From positions 35,459-99,458 of the forward strand of contig JANOQV010000242.1 of the NCBI GenBank assembly GCA_031414955.1: a DNA stretch of 64,000 nucleotides, in the 5' to 3' direction. A model generated the notes under the pieces. The model had not been told where the DNA came from and did not search any database. It saw only the letters and a program-made list of their open reading frames with translations. Made by a program: the position numbers and the translations under genes. This DNA is from Pedosphaera sp. (GTDB lineage Bacteria; Verrucomicrobiota; Verrucomicrobiia; Limisphaerales; SIBH01). This document shows positions 9,092 through 19,603 of the stretch, one piece after another; within the stretch, counting starts at the first letter, position 1; every line of letters starts with the position of its first letter.

Positions 9092-12000
9092 ATGAAAAGC
9101 TTCAGAGGTCCTGGCGGTTGGATGCTGTGTTGCACGGCGGGCAGTCTGCTCGCGGTGGTGGTGCTGCCGGCGGCGGAGAAGGTTCAATTCAACCGCGACG
9201 TGCGGCCCATTTTGTCCGAGCACTGCATCGCCTGCCACGGTCCGGATGCAAACAAACGCAAAGCTGGTCTGCGTCTCGATACGAAGGAAGGGCTTTTCGA
9301 GAAAACACCCAAGCACGAACCCGCCGTGGTGCCAGGAAAACTGGCCCAGAGCGAACTCTGGTCGCGCATCACCACCACCAACCTTGATGATCGGATGCCG
9401 CCGGAGGATTCGCACAAGGAACTCAAGCCGGAACAAATCGCCACCCTCGAGGCCTGGATCGTGGCCGGAGCGCCCTGGCAGGGGCATTGGGCGTTCCTCA
9501 AACCGGAGAGGCCACCCGTTCCTTCAAAGTTCAAAGTTCAGAATCCCATTGATGCGTTCGTGCTGGCGAAGTTGCAGGAGAAAGGGCTGAAGCCAAACAC
9601 CGAGGCGGATCGGCGCACACTCATGCGCCGAGTGTCCCTCGACCTGACCGGACTGCCGCCGACGCCGGAAGAGGTCACGGCCTTCGTGAAGGACCAGTCG
9701 CCGGACGCTTACGGGCAGGTGGTGAAGCGGTTGCTGGCCTCGCCACGTTATGGCGAACATCGCGCGCGTTACTGGCTGGACGCCGCGCGTTACGCGGACA
9801 CGCATGGATTGCACTTCGACAACTACCGCGAGATGTGGCCGTACCGCGATTGGGTCATTCAGGCTTTCAACCGCAACCTGCCTTTCGACCGTTTCACCAA
9901 GATGCAGATCGCGGGCGATCTGTTCGATCATCCGGAGCGCGACGATCTGGTCGCGAGCGGATTTCAGCGCTGCAATCCGACCACGAACGAAGGCGGCACC
10001 ATTGACGACGAGAACCTGGCCAACTACGCCAATGACCGTGTGACGACGTTGAGCTGGGTTTATCTGGGCCTGACGATGAATTGCGCGGCCTGTCACGACC
10101 ACAAGTTTGATCCCATCACGCAGAAGGATTTTTATTCGATGGCGGCCTTCTTCCGAAACACCGTGCAGCCTCCGAAGGACGGCAACTCAAAAGACTCGAC
10201 GCCGAGCGTGCTGGTTCCGCAGACGGAGGCCGACGCGAAACGCTGGGACGTGCTGCCGAAAGAACTGGCCTCGGCCAAGGAAGCCGTCGAGGCGCGCAAG
10301 AAAGCGGCGAAGCCTGATTTCACCAACTGGATCGCGCGGGCCAGTGCGGCGGATCTGCACAAGGATCTGGAGATTTCCAATCTCGTCGTGCATGTGCCGC
10401 TCAATGTGAAGGACACGAATGAGGTCCGGGGCGTGTTTGGCGGTGTGACCAAATCCATCAAGGTCCCGGGCACGAATGATTGGCAGGATGGCGAGCTTGG
10501 GCCGGCGCTGGTCTTGAACAAGGGCGCGACGCTGGACCTCGGTGCCGCGGGCGACTTCGAGAAGGATCAGCCGTTCAGTTACGGCGCCTGGGTGCGGGTG
10601 AGCAAGGCGACGGGCAACGCGGGCATTCTCGCGCGCATGGATGTGGCGGATGCCTTTCGCGGCTGGGATCTTTACCAGAACGACAAGAAGTTCAGCGTCC
10701 ACATTGTCCACAAGTGGCCGGATGACGCTTTCAAGGTCACAACCAAGGCCGACTTGGTGAAGGAGAAAACCTGGCAGCACGTCTTCGTGACCTACGATGG
10801 TTCCGGTAAGGCGTCGGGCGTGAAGATGTATGTGGACGGCAAGGACGTGGCGGTGAAGGCCGAGAGCGATGCGCTCAAGGGATCGATTCGCACCAAGGTT
10901 TCATTGCGCGTCGGACAGCGCAGCCAGGATCATGTGCTGGAGCGCGGGCGGGTGCAGGATGTGCGGTTGTTCGCGCGCAAGCTGGCCGCCAAGGAAGTCC
11001 TGACCCTGGCCAGCGTGCCGCGCGTTCAGACCGTGCTGGGATTGGCGGAGGACAAGCGGACCAAGGCGCAGCAGGACATGGTGTTCGACTTTTGGATCGG
11101 CTCGCGCGATCCGGCGTATGTCGAGCGCTCGAAGCACCAGGCTGCGTTGAAAACGGAGGAGGAGAAGCTCAAGGAACGCAATCCCGTCACGCACATCCAG
11201 CGCGAGAAGACCAACTCCATGCCGATGGCTTACGTGTTGTTTCGCGGGCAGTACGACAAGCAGAAGGATCAGGTGGTGGCGGCCGCACCGGGCGTGCTGC
11301 ACCGCTGGCCGGGCGGCGCTCCGACCAACCGGCTCGGGCTGGCGCAATGGATCATCTCGCCGGAAAATCCGTTGACCGCGCGCGTGACGGTGAATCGCTT
11401 CTGGCAGGATTTTTTCGGCACCGGCCTGGTCAAGAGTACGGAGGATTTTGGCATTACCGGCGACAGCCCGACGCATCCTGAACTGCTCGACTGGCTGGCG
11501 GTGGAGTTCCAACAGAGTGGCTGGGATGTGAAGCACCTCCTCGAGTTGATCGTGACTTCCTCCGCCTATCGTCAGGGTGCGCAAACGACGAAAGAGAAGC
11601 TGGAGAAGGATCCGCAGAATCGTTTCTTCAGCCGCGGCCCGCGCTTCCGCATGGACGCCGAGATGGTGCGCGACTCCGCGCTGGCCGCGAGCGGACTGCT
11701 GGTGGAAAAAATTGGCGGCGCGTCCGTGAAACCTTATCAGCCGGATGGAATCTGGGAAGCCGTGGCCATGCCGGAGAGCAACACCAAGAAGTACAAGCGC
11801 GACACCGGGGAGGGGCTTTACCGGCGCAGCCTCTACACTTTTTGGAAGCGCGCCGCGCCGCCGGCCTCGATGGACATCTTCAACGCGCCCAGTCGCGAGG
11901 TCTGCACGGTGCGACGCGAGCGGACCAACACGCCGCTCCAGGCGCTGGCCACGCTGAACGATCCTCAGTTTATCGAGGCCGCTCGCTTCCTCGCCCAGTT

Positions 12001-12271
12001 GGCGCTGGCGAACTCCAAGCGCGACGAGGATGCCCTGCAACTCATGGGCGAACGGGTCCTCTCCCGGCCGCTGACTTCGAAGGAGCTTTCCATCGTGAAG
12101 GGCACGCTGAAGGAGATGCGGGCTTACTATGACCAGCAGCCGGAGGCGGCGAAGCAGTTCCTCGCGGTGGGTGATGCAAAAGTCTCCGACAAAATTCCGG
12201 CCCCGCAACTCGCCGCGATGACGATGGTCGCGAACCAGTTGATGAACCTGGACGAGGCGCTGAACAAATAA
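9092..12271 (+). CDS. Planctomycete-type cytochrome c protein (PSCyt1, DUF1549, LamG, DUF1553/PSD1)
   Basis: FNRDVRPILSEHCIACHGPD, second heme motif CAACHDHKFDP, WLDAARYADT, a LamG insert (WQHVFVTYDG) and NTPLQALATLND. Confidence 0.92.
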   Translation: MKSFRGPGGWMLCCTAGSLLAVVVLPAAEKVQFNRDVRPILSEHCIACHGPDANKRKAGLRLDTKEGLFEKTPKHEPAVVPGKLAQSELWSRITTTNLDDRMPPEDSHKELKPEQIATLEAWIVAGAPWQGHWAFLKPERPPVPSKFKVQNPIDAFVLAKLQEKGLKPNTEADRRTLMRRVSLDLTGLPPTPEEVTAFVKDQSPDAYGQVVKRLLASPRYGEHRARYWLDAARYADTHGLHFDNYREMWPYRDWVIQAFNRNLPFDRFTKMQIAGDLFDHPERDDLVASGFQRCNPTTNEGGTIDDENLANYANDRVTTLSWVYLGLTMNCAACHDHKFDPITQKDFYSMAAFFRNTVQPPKDGNSKDSTPSVLVPQTEADAKRWDVLPKELASAKEAVEARKKAAKPDFTNWIARASAADLHKDLEISNLVVHVPLNVKDTNEVRGVFGGVTKSIKVPGTNDWQDGELGPALVLNKGATLDLGAAGDFEKDQPFSYGAWVRVSKATGNAGILARMDVADAFRGWDLYQNDKKFSVHIVHKWPDDAFKVTTKADLVKEKTWQHVFVTYDGSGKASGVKMYVDGKDVAVKAESDALKGSIRTKVSLRVGQRSQDHVLERGRVQDVRLFARKLAAKEVLTLASVPRVQTVLGLAEDKRTKAQQDMVFDFWIGSRDPAYVERSKHQAALKTEEEKLKERNPVTHIQREKTNSMPMAYVLFRGQYDKQKDQVVAAAPGVLHRWPGGAPTNRLGLAQWIISPENPLTARVTVNRFWQDFFGTGLVKSTEDFGITGDSPTHPELLDWLAVEFQQSGWDVKHLLELIVTSSAYRQGAQTTKEKLEKDPQNRFFSRGPRFRMDAEMVRDSALAASGLLVEKIGGASVKPYQPDGIWEAVAMPESNTKKYKRDTGEGLYRRSLYTFWKRAAPPASMDIFNAPSREVCTVRRERTNTPLQALATLNDPQFIEAARFLAQLALANSKRDEDALQLMGERVLSRPLTSKELSIVKGTLKEMRAYYDQQPEAAKQFLAVGDAKVSDKIPAPQLAAMTMVANQLMNLDEALNK

Positions 12272-12281
12272 TTCCAACACC

Positions 12282-13754
12282 ATGAGCTCATTCCAAGAGT
12301 ACGCCCGTTACGAAACCCGCCGGCAGTTCTTCGCGCGCGGCAAGAATGTCCTCGGCTACGCCGCGCTCGGTTCCCTGCTGGGCGGCTCGCTGAAATTGCT
12401 GGGCGACACCGCTCATCCGGCCACGCACGCGCTGCCGGGATTGCCGCACTTCCCGCCCAAGGTGAAGAATATCATCTATCTGCACATGGTTGGCGGCCCG
12501 TCCCAGATGGACCTCTACGATTACAAGCCGGTGATGAAGGAGTGGTACGACAAGGACCTCCCCGATTCTGTGCGCGCCGGACAGCGACTCACGACGATGA
12601 CCTCGGGGCAGAAGCGTTTTCCGATCGCGCCCTCCAAGTACAAATTCGCGCAGGCTGGCCAGTGCGGCCTGTGGATGAACACCGAGTTGCTGCCGCACAC
12701 AGCCAAGTGCGTCGATGACATGGCCTTCATCCGCTCCATGCACACCGAGGCCATCAATCATGAGCCGGCCATCTGCGCCATGCAGACGGGCAGCATGGTG
12801 GGCGGCCGGCCCTGCATTGGTTCTTGGGTCAGCTACGGCCTCGGGTCGTTGAACGAGAACCTGCCGACCTTCTGCGTGCTCGTGGCCGAGCCGACGAACA
12901 AGGAGCAAATCCAGGCCATCAGCGCGCGGCTCTGGTCGAGCGGGTTCATCTCCGGTGAGCACGCCGGGGTCTCTTTCCGCAGCCAGGGCGATCCGATTCT
13001 CTTCATCAACAACCCAAGTGGCGTGACCAGCGATCTGCGCCGCCAGCAGCTCAACGGACTGCGCGCGTTGAACGAGTTGAACTACAAGAAAGTCGGCGAC
13101 CCCGAGACCCACACGCGCATCCAGCAGTTCGAGATGGCGTTCAAGATGCAGTCGAGCGTGCCGGACTTGATGTCGGTCAAGAATGAGCCGGAGAGCACCT
13201 ACAAACTCTACGGCGAAGAGGCGAAGAAGCCGGGGACTTTTGCCTTTACGGCTCTGCTTTCACGGCGACTGGTCGAGCGCGGCGTGCGGTTCGTGCAGGT
13301 GTACCTGAACAACTGGGACCATCACTCGAACGTGAATGCGCGCCTGCCCTCGCAGTGCAAGGACATCGATCAGGCTACGTATGGGTTGATCCAGGATCTC
13401 AAGTCGCGCGGGCTTTGGGACAGCACGCTCATCATCTGGGGCGGCGAATTCGGCCGCACCATTTACAGCCAGGGCGGACTGACCAAGGACAACTACGGGC
13501 GCGACCATCATCCGCGCTGCTTCACCATGTGGATGGCGGGAGGCGGCATCAAGGGTGGCACCGTCTATGGTCAGACCGACGACTTCAGCTACAACGTGGT
13601 GGAGAATCCGGTTCACGTTCGCGATCTGCACGCGACCATCCTGCACCAACTCGGCATCGATCACCGCAAGTTTACCATCAAGTGGCAGGGCGTGGACATG
13701 AAGCTGACCGGCGTGGATGCGGAGGCACAAGTGGTGAAGGAGCTTCTCTCGTAG
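12282..13754 (+). CDS. DUF1501 domain (sulfatase-like) protein, Tat-exported
   Basis: Tat-like TRRQFF, GGPSQMDLYDYKP, WGGEFGRT and GRDHHP. This is the usual partner of DUF1553 genes. Confidence 0.92.
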   Translation: MSSFQEYARYETRRQFFARGKNVLGYAALGSLLGGSLKLLGDTAHPATHALPGLPHFPPKVKNIIYLHMVGGPSQMDLYDYKPVMKEWYDKDLPDSVRAGQRLTTMTSGQKRFPIAPSKYKFAQAGQCGLWMNTELLPHTAKCVDDMAFIRSMHTEAINHEPAICAMQTGSMVGGRPCIGSWVSYGLGSLNENLPTFCVLVAEPTNKEQIQAISARLWSSGFISGEHAGVSFRSQGDPILFINNPSGVTSDLRRQQLNGLRALNELNYKKVGDPETHTRIQQFEMAFKMQSSVPDLMSVKNEPESTYKLYGEEAKKPGTFAFTALLSRRLVERGVRFVQVYLNNWDHHSNVNARLPSQCKDIDQATYGLIQDLKSRGLWDSTLIIWGGEFGRTIYSQGGLTKDNYGRDHHPRCFTMWMAGGGIKGGTVYGQTDDFSYNVVENPVHVRDLHATILHQLGIDHRKFTIKWQGVDMKLTGVDAEAQVVKELLS

Positions 13755-13837
13755 TCCGGTGGCTCCGGCCCGAAACAACCCCGACCACATCCTCGTGGCA
13801 GCTCTCTCCCTTGGGGCTGCGCCGTGTCTCGGGAAAT

Positions 13838-14377
13838 CTATTTGGCGGCCAGCGCGTCCTCGATGGATTTGGCGATCTCGGGACTTTCCACCTTGGCCCG
13901 GGGGTCGATGCGTTTGAGGATCTTGCCATCGCGGCCGACGAGGAATTTGCCGAAGTTCCAACCCACATCGCCGGGGAAGGGGGAGTCTTTGCCCGAGAGC
14001 GCCTTGTAGAGCGGATGCTGTTTCGCGCCCTTGACGTCGAGCTTGTCAAACATCGGGAAGGTCACGCTGTAAGTCTTGGCGCAGAACTCCAGAATCTCCG
14101 CGTTGCTCCCCGGCTCCTGCCCGCCGAACTGGTTGCACGGGAAGCCGAGCACGACCAGACCCTTGTCCTTGTTCTTGGCGTAGAGTTCTTCGAGTCCTTT
14201 GTATTGCGGGGTGTTGCCGCACTTGGAGGCCACGTTGACGATGAGCAGCACCTTGCCCTTGTGCTCCTTGAGGGATGTGTCTTTGCCGTGAATGTCCTTC
14301 AACGGGATGTCGTAGATGGATTGGGCAAAAAGCATGGGAGCGAGAAACAGGGCGCCGAGGAGCAAAGTGATTTTCAT
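13838..14377 (-). CDS. Glutathione peroxidase family protein (Cys type, with signal peptide)
   Basis: VNVASKCG, LGFPCNQFGGQEPG and WNFGKFLV signatures. Confidence 0.95.
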   Translation of the reverse strand: MKITLLLGALFLAPMLFAQSIYDIPLKDIHGKDTSLKEHKGKVLLIVNVASKCGNTPQYKGLEELYAKNKDKGLVVLGFPCNQFGGQEPGSNAEILEFCAKTYSVTFPMFDKLDVKGAKQHPLYKALSGKDSPFPGDVGWNFGKFLVGRDGKILKRIDPRAKVESPEIAKSIEDALAAK

Positions 14378-14384
14378 GGAGGGA

Positions 14385-14412
14385 GTATTTGTTGGCCCGG
14401 GGGAATGTCAAT
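14385..14412 (-). promoter_or_regulatory. Putative sigma70-type promoter of the glutathione peroxidase gene
   Basis: On the minus strand, TTGACA then ~16 nt then AATACT, a few nt before the ATG at 14377. Confidence 0.35.
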
Positions 14413-14733
14413 TTTGGTTTTGGACTTTGGTCAGGGTGAGATCGTTTCTCGGCCTGAAGCCTCGGCCCTGTTTCTGCGGGTACGGGGCCGAGGCTGCTTT
14501 CCTCCTCCTCCTTGCGGCGTTATGCAGTGCGTCCGGGCACGACCGGATACCTGCTCTTAGCACAATTAGCCATCAGCCCGATCCAAGGTCACGTTACGTT
14601 GGGAAACTACTTCGTGTCGAAATGCGGCGGCTTCCGTTTGCGTCCGAAAACCATCGCCGCGAATCACGAAGGAGTGACGGCCTGCGCGGAAGGATCCGCG
14701 GCCGGGCCGGCGGGTGGTGAATCAAGAAGCGGC

Positions 14734-15354
14734 CTAGCCGGGGAGGGCGCGTTGGATCAAGGCGCGCTCCCGTTCACTGTAGTTGAGCTTCAGGGCGTGC
14801 TCATGCCCGCTGGGGGTCATCTTGATCCAGGATTTTTGGAGAGCATTGATGACCTTCTCCTCGTCGGTTTTTTGCACGAGATCCGTGAGTTGAAACTGGA
14901 GGAAGAGCAGGCAGAGCGCATCTTCCAGCACGCGGCTTTCGGAATCGGCGGGGAAATTCTTCTTCAGATTCAGTTCGCTCACCCGCCGCCGCAGGCCTTC
15001 CGGATAGCCGGTCGCGTGCAGCACGAGGGAAGATTTTTCGGCGTGAAAATGTTTCAAGCCGGCCCGCCACTGAAGATATCCGGCGCGGGTCATCTCAAAA
15101 CTGCGGCGCGGGATCATCCAGCGGCACAAGTGCTGGCAGCGGGAGGCGAGCCGCAGGGGTTCGGAGGCATCGGGAGCGAGGGTCATCACCCAATGCGACA
15201 GGCGCCCGGCGTTGAGCAGTTCGCGGGGGCGTGGCTCGCCGTCCACTATTTCCTGATTTGGATCGGCGGCGTTTAATTCATCGAAGCGGCGGATCGCGGC
15301 GCGGAAACGCTCGGGGTCGGAGACCTTGGTAAAGAACCGGTCGTCGTTGCTCAC
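14734..15354 (-). CDS. DUF4202 family protein
   Basis: DELNAADPN, LRLASRCQHLCRW, GYLQWR and LEDALCLLFL family motifs. GTG start. Confidence 0.85.
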   Translation of the reverse strand: MSNDDRFFTKVSDPERFRAAIRRFDELNAADPNQEIVDGEPRPRELLNAGRLSHWVMTLAPDASEPLRLASRCQHLCRWMIPRRSFEMTRAGYLQWRAGLKHFHAEKSSLVLHATGYPEGLRRRVSELNLKKNFPADSESRVLEDALCLLFLQFQLTDLVQKTDEEKVINALQKSWIKMTPSGHEHALKLNYSERERALIQRALPG

Positions 15355-15451
15355 GAGGGGCAGCTAAACAGAAGGGCCGGACCGCCGCAATGCCGGCCTG
15401 ACTACTTTGCTTGACGCATCCTCGTCGCCGCCGGGATTCTGGCCCTGACTT

Positions 15452-16441
15452 ATGTTGCCGATCAGCGTTGTGGTTCCCACGCGCAACTCGATGTCGCTTC
15501 TGCCGAAGCATTTCGAGGCCATGCGCTCGTGGGTGGACCTGGCGGAGGAAGTTGTGGCCGTGGACAGCCACTCGAATGATGGCACGCTGGAGTTTTTGCA
15601 GCGCGAGTTAAAGCATCCCAACGTCCGCGTGCTCACTCACCCGCCGGGCCTTTACCAGTCTTGGAACTTTGGCATCGCGCGGTGCCGCGCCAAATACACC
15701 TACGTTTCCACGGTGGGCGAGGAGATCACGCGGGCCGGGCTCACGGAACTGCACGCGGTGGCGGAGCGGTTCACCGCCGAGGTCGTCATTAGCCCGCCGC
15801 GTATGGTGGACATGGCCGGCCAGCCGAAGGAGAAGGAATGGCCGGTGCATACGTTGTTGGAAAAAATTCAGGTGACGGAGCCAGTCGCGCTCGAAGGCTT
15901 GGCGGCCCAGCTTCTCGCGGTGATTTTCGTGCAGCGGGGCATTCTCGGCAGTTCGGCCAGCGACCTCTACCGCACGGAGGTGCTGCAACGGTTTCCGTTC
16001 CGCACCGACTTCGGTACGGCCGGGGACGTGGCCTGGGGTTTGGAGCATCTGGGGCGGGGAAGGATGGCGATCTTGCCGCGGAGTTATTCCACCTTCGTAT
16101 TTCATCCGAAGTCGTATGCGAAGAGCGACTATGCGGTGTCGAATTATTCCGAGAAGTGCATCGAAACGGCCGCGCAAACCGTGGCCGCGCGCTCCTGGGC
16201 GAAAGCGGGAGTGGTGCCAGCGGAGGGGGAGGCTCTGCTGCACGAACTGCTGCGGGCGTGGCGTGAGTTTGTCGCGGCCAAACGCGCCGTGGATGCTTCC
16301 AAGGCGAAGGGGCTCCTTTCTTTTTTTCGTTCTGGCACCTGGCGGGCCCGGGCGGATCGGGAAGCGGAGTCGCGGCGCTTGCTTTTGGTCAGGGTGCGAG
16401 CCTTGGATTTCGTGCAGCGTTCGTTGATGCGCGCCGGTTGA
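15452..16441 (+). CDS. Glycosyltransferase family 2 protein
   Basis: N-terminal ISVVVPTRN..VAVDSHSNDGT..SWNFGI GT-A pattern. Confidence 0.8.
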   Translation: MLPISVVVPTRNSMSLLPKHFEAMRSWVDLAEEVVAVDSHSNDGTLEFLQRELKHPNVRVLTHPPGLYQSWNFGIARCRAKYTYVSTVGEEITRAGLTELHAVAERFTAEVVISPPRMVDMAGQPKEKEWPVHTLLEKIQVTEPVALEGLAAQLLAVIFVQRGILGSSASDLYRTEVLQRFPFRTDFGTAGDVAWGLEHLGRGRMAILPRSYSTFVFHPKSYAKSDYAVSNYSEKCIETAAQTVAARSWAKAGVVPAEGEALLHELLRAWREFVAAKRAVDASKAKGLLSFFRSGTWRARADREAESRRLLLVRVRALDFVQRSLMRAG

Positions 16442-16442
16442 C

Positions 16443-19400
16443 TCAGGCCAACGCCACCGCGCCGTCCATCAACTCGTCCACGGCGCGGGCCAGGTCTGCT
16501 GGGCTGTAGGGCTTGGGCACCACCCCGCCGAAACCGTAGTCGCGGAAATTAGCCATCACCGGATCGTTCGAGTATCCGCTGCACACAATGGCGCGGACGT
16601 TGGGGTCGATTAGCCGCAGTTCGACAATGGTTTCCTGTCCGCCCATGCCGTGCGGAATGGTGAGGTCCATGATGACGACGTCGAACGGTTCGGTGCTGTG
16701 CAGAGCCTCCTGGTAAGTCTGAATGGCCTCGGCGCCATCGGCCGCGGTTTTCACCTTGTGCCCCAGCCGAGCCAGCACTTGGGCCGCGAGTTCGCGCAGG
16801 GGGAGTTCATCATCCATGACCAGGATATGGCGTGGCGTGGTCGAAGCCGGTGATCCCAGGCGGGTCATGGCTGGAGTCGCCGGTGCCTCGACGTCCGCCG
16901 GCAGATAAACATGGAATATCGTCCCTTCTCCGGGCACGGACTCGACCGTGATTTGTCCATCGTGCTTGCGCACGATGGAGTAGGCCGAGGCCAGTTCCAG
17001 ACCGTTCCCGCTGCGCTTGGGATCGAACGAAGGTTCAAATATTTCGCCCAACTGCTCGGGGGCAAGCCCCGCGCCGTAGTCGCGGATCGAGACCAGCAAG
17101 TAGCGGCCTGGAGCAAGCATCATGGTCGGGTCGCTCTGGATTTCCTGATTGAGCACATGAACATCGAGGCGGGGATTGATCGAGAGCGAGGCCCGCACGA
17201 AGCCAAACAGGTTGTGCAGCACTTGTTCGATTTGGGATTCATCCACGACCGCCGGCCAGAGGTTTTCGGCCAGGTAATATTCAGGGATTACGCCGCTGGG
17301 TTGGAGCGCGCGGGCGGCGCATTCCTGCACTAGCGGCAGGAGGGCCTGGCGCTTCCGGATCGGAGCGCCGCCCCGGGCAAAGGTGAGCAGGCGCTGGGTC
17401 AGACTGCGGGCGCGCAGCGAAGCCTGCTCGGCTTCGCCCAGGGCCTCGTGGACCGAGCGCCCGGCGGTCTCACCCAGTCGGGCCAGGGCGATATTGCCGA
17501 GAATAACCGTGAGAATGTTGTTGAAATCATGCGCAATGCTGGCCGCCAGCACTCCGATTGATTCCAGTTGGCTCGCTTTGAGCAGTTCGGCCTCGGTGCG
17601 GAGTTTTTCGGTGATGTCGCGAAATACGAGCACCGCGCCCATCATGTTGCCGTTCGGGTCGATGATCGGGGCGTACGATTGGGAAATGAATTTCTCCGAG
17701 TCATCGCGGGCCAGGAGCAGGCAATCGCGCCCGGGGTGCGACTCCGTGAATTCAGGCGCACTTGCCGCCGGGTGTCCACTCGGAGGCATCTCGGCCAGAC
17801 GGATGACTTCTTCCAGGGGACGGCCCACGGCCTCGGGCTGGCTCCAGCCGCTGAGTTGCTCGGCGACCTTGTTGAAGAGCACGATGCGCCCCTCAAGATC
17901 AGTAGTGATGACGCCATCGGCAATAGAACGCAACGTGACACCCAGCAACTCCTTTTCTTCCTGCAAAGCGTGTTCAATCGATTTGAGGGCGGAGATATCC
18001 TTGGTGATGCCGAAGGTGCCGATGATTTCGCCGTGCTTGTCTCGCAGCGGCATCTTGCTGCTGAGCGCCCAGGAGGTGCGCCCATCCGGCCAGACCTCTT
18101 TCTCCACATGGCCGATGACCGGTTGGCCGGTGCGAATGATGGTTTGCTCCATCTCATAGGCCGGCCGGGCATGCTCCTCGGCGAAGAAGTCGAAATCCGA
18201 CCGTCCCACGGCGGCGGAAGTTGAGGCCACATTCAAGTGCTTCAACATCGCCCGGCTGAAGCGGATGAGGCGCGACTCGGTATTTTTGAAATAGATGCTG
18301 TCGGGTGCGTGCTCCAGCAGTGTGTCGAGCAGATCGCGCTCGTAGGCCAACATTTCCCCGCTCAGGTGCGACTCCGTGATCTTGGTGTGTAATTCGGTGT
18401 TGGCCGCGAGCAGTTGTTCTTCGGAGGCCAGCAGGCGCTGGTTCAGTTTTTCGGCTGCGGATCGCGCATTGCCCTGGGCCCAGGCGATACCGAATATGAG
18501 CAGGCTGAAGCACAGCCCGCCGGCCAGGACCAACTTGGGCAGGTAGGTGTCGGACGTCTCAACAAAGCGCGGCAGCGTGCGAAAGCGCAAGTGCAGGGAC
18601 CGGTCGAACAGGCGCATCGGCAACTCCCTGTGCAGCGCAGCCGGGAAAGCCAGCGCGGGCACGCCGTAGGATGCGAGCAACGCCGGCCCGTTCGTATCCA
18701 CTCCGTCAAACATCTCCACGCTCATCAGGCCATCAAAATGCCGGTTCGAAAGCGTGTGGAAAAAGTGCTGCGGGATGAAGGCGCTAAAGACCACTCCGCG
18801 CAGTTCACCATTGCTGGCCTGGACGGGGATGAAAATGGTGAAGCCATCCACCGTTGGCGCACCATTGATCCAGAGGGCCAGCTTGGGGGTCACGGCCGGC
18901 TGGCGTTTTTGCAGGACGGCTTCGAGCGCCGGGCGCTTGAGGGTCTCCGAGTAGGTGTCCCAGCCGACCCGGCCGTCCACGTTGGTTGGAAACTGCCGCA
19001 TCAGGACGGTCGGAAACATTAATGGCGCGGAAGAGGTCGGGGTAATTTCAAAATCCGGGCCGGCCTGCGCCCGCATCGATCTCACGAAGTGCGCGCGCTG
19101 CTCCGCGCTGACCTTCTGGGCAAATCCGATGGAACGGACGCCTGGGTGCTGGTTGGGGAAGTCGAGCTTGTCCACGAAGGTTTCCCACTCTGCTGGAGCC
19201 ACGGACAACCTGGCTTCAAACAGCCCGCTCACGGCGCGCAGATGCGCGGTGAAACGCTCCAAGGCATTCTGAACATGGACGGCCGAGTTCGTGGCCATGG
19301 AGTTGAAACGCGCCTCCTCGTGGAGCCGCAGGTTGGTCTGCGCGCGCCAATGCACGAGCAACGTCGGCACCAAGGCGATGCCCAAAACCAGGTACGCTGC

Positions 19401-19448
19401 GGCCCGAAAGCGCAGGTGCGCCCAGAGGCCTTGTCGGATTCGCTCCAT
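16443..19448 (-). CDS. Hybrid sensor histidine kinase (CHASE, 2 PAS, HisKA, degenerate HATPase, REC)
   Basis: TM-CHASE-TM, PAS/PAC motifs, H-box AHDFNNIL and a C-terminal receiver (ILVMDDE..MDLTIP..KPY). Confidence 0.9.
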   Translation of the reverse strand: MERIRQGLWAHLRFRAAAYLVLGIALVPTLLVHWRAQTNLRLHEEARFNSMATNSAVHVQNALERFTAHLRAVSGLFEARLSVAPAEWETFVDKLDFPNQHPGVRSIGFAQKVSAEQRAHFVRSMRAQAGPDFEITPTSSAPLMFPTVLMRQFPTNVDGRVGWDTYSETLKRPALEAVLQKRQPAVTPKLALWINGAPTVDGFTIFIPVQASNGELRGVVFSAFIPQHFFHTLSNRHFDGLMSVEMFDGVDTNGPALLASYGVPALAFPAALHRELPMRLFDRSLHLRFRTLPRFVETSDTYLPKLVLAGGLCFSLLIFGIAWAQGNARSAAEKLNQRLLASEEQLLAANTELHTKITESHLSGEMLAYERDLLDTLLEHAPDSIYFKNTESRLIRFSRAMLKHLNVASTSAAVGRSDFDFFAEEHARPAYEMEQTIIRTGQPVIGHVEKEVWPDGRTSWALSSKMPLRDKHGEIIGTFGITKDISALKSIEHALQEEKELLGVTLRSIADGVITTDLEGRIVLFNKVAEQLSGWSQPEAVGRPLEEVIRLAEMPPSGHPAASAPEFTESHPGRDCLLLARDDSEKFISQSYAPIIDPNGNMMGAVLVFRDITEKLRTEAELLKASQLESIGVLAASIAHDFNNILTVILGNIALARLGETAGRSVHEALGEAEQASLRARSLTQRLLTFARGGAPIRKRQALLPLVQECAARALQPSGVIPEYYLAENLWPAVVDESQIEQVLHNLFGFVRASLSINPRLDVHVLNQEIQSDPTMMLAPGRYLLVSIRDYGAGLAPEQLGEIFEPSFDPKRSGNGLELASAYSIVRKHDGQITVESVPGEGTIFHVYLPADVEAPATPAMTRLGSPASTTPRHILVMDDELPLRELAAQVLARLGHKVKTAADGAEAIQTYQEALHSTEPFDVVIMDLTIPHGMGGQETIVELRLIDPNVRAIVCSGYSNDPVMANFRDYGFGGVVPKPYSPADLARAVDELMDGAVALA

Positions 19449-19603
19449 GAAATTCTTCAGCCAACTGACGTGCGATCAGCGTGGATGCTGCCGTAAGTCG
19501 TCGTCTGGCAGGTCTATCGACAGGTTTTTCCGGGGCTTGAGCCGGAAGAAATCTCGAACGCTCTTGCGGGTCGCGCTGTCTTTCTCCATCAATAACCGCT
19601 CGC

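Noticed and set aside
13838..14377. Possible selenocysteine glutathione peroxidase
   Set aside because: The active-site codon encodes Cys (VASKCG) and there is no in-frame TGA.
14420..14733. RNase P, SRP, tmRNA or tRNA gene
   Set aside because: GAGGAAAG and AAGCAGCC fragments only partly resemble the RNase P and SRP consensus. No tRNA-like ends or cloverleaf were found here, and I recognised none elsewhere in the window.
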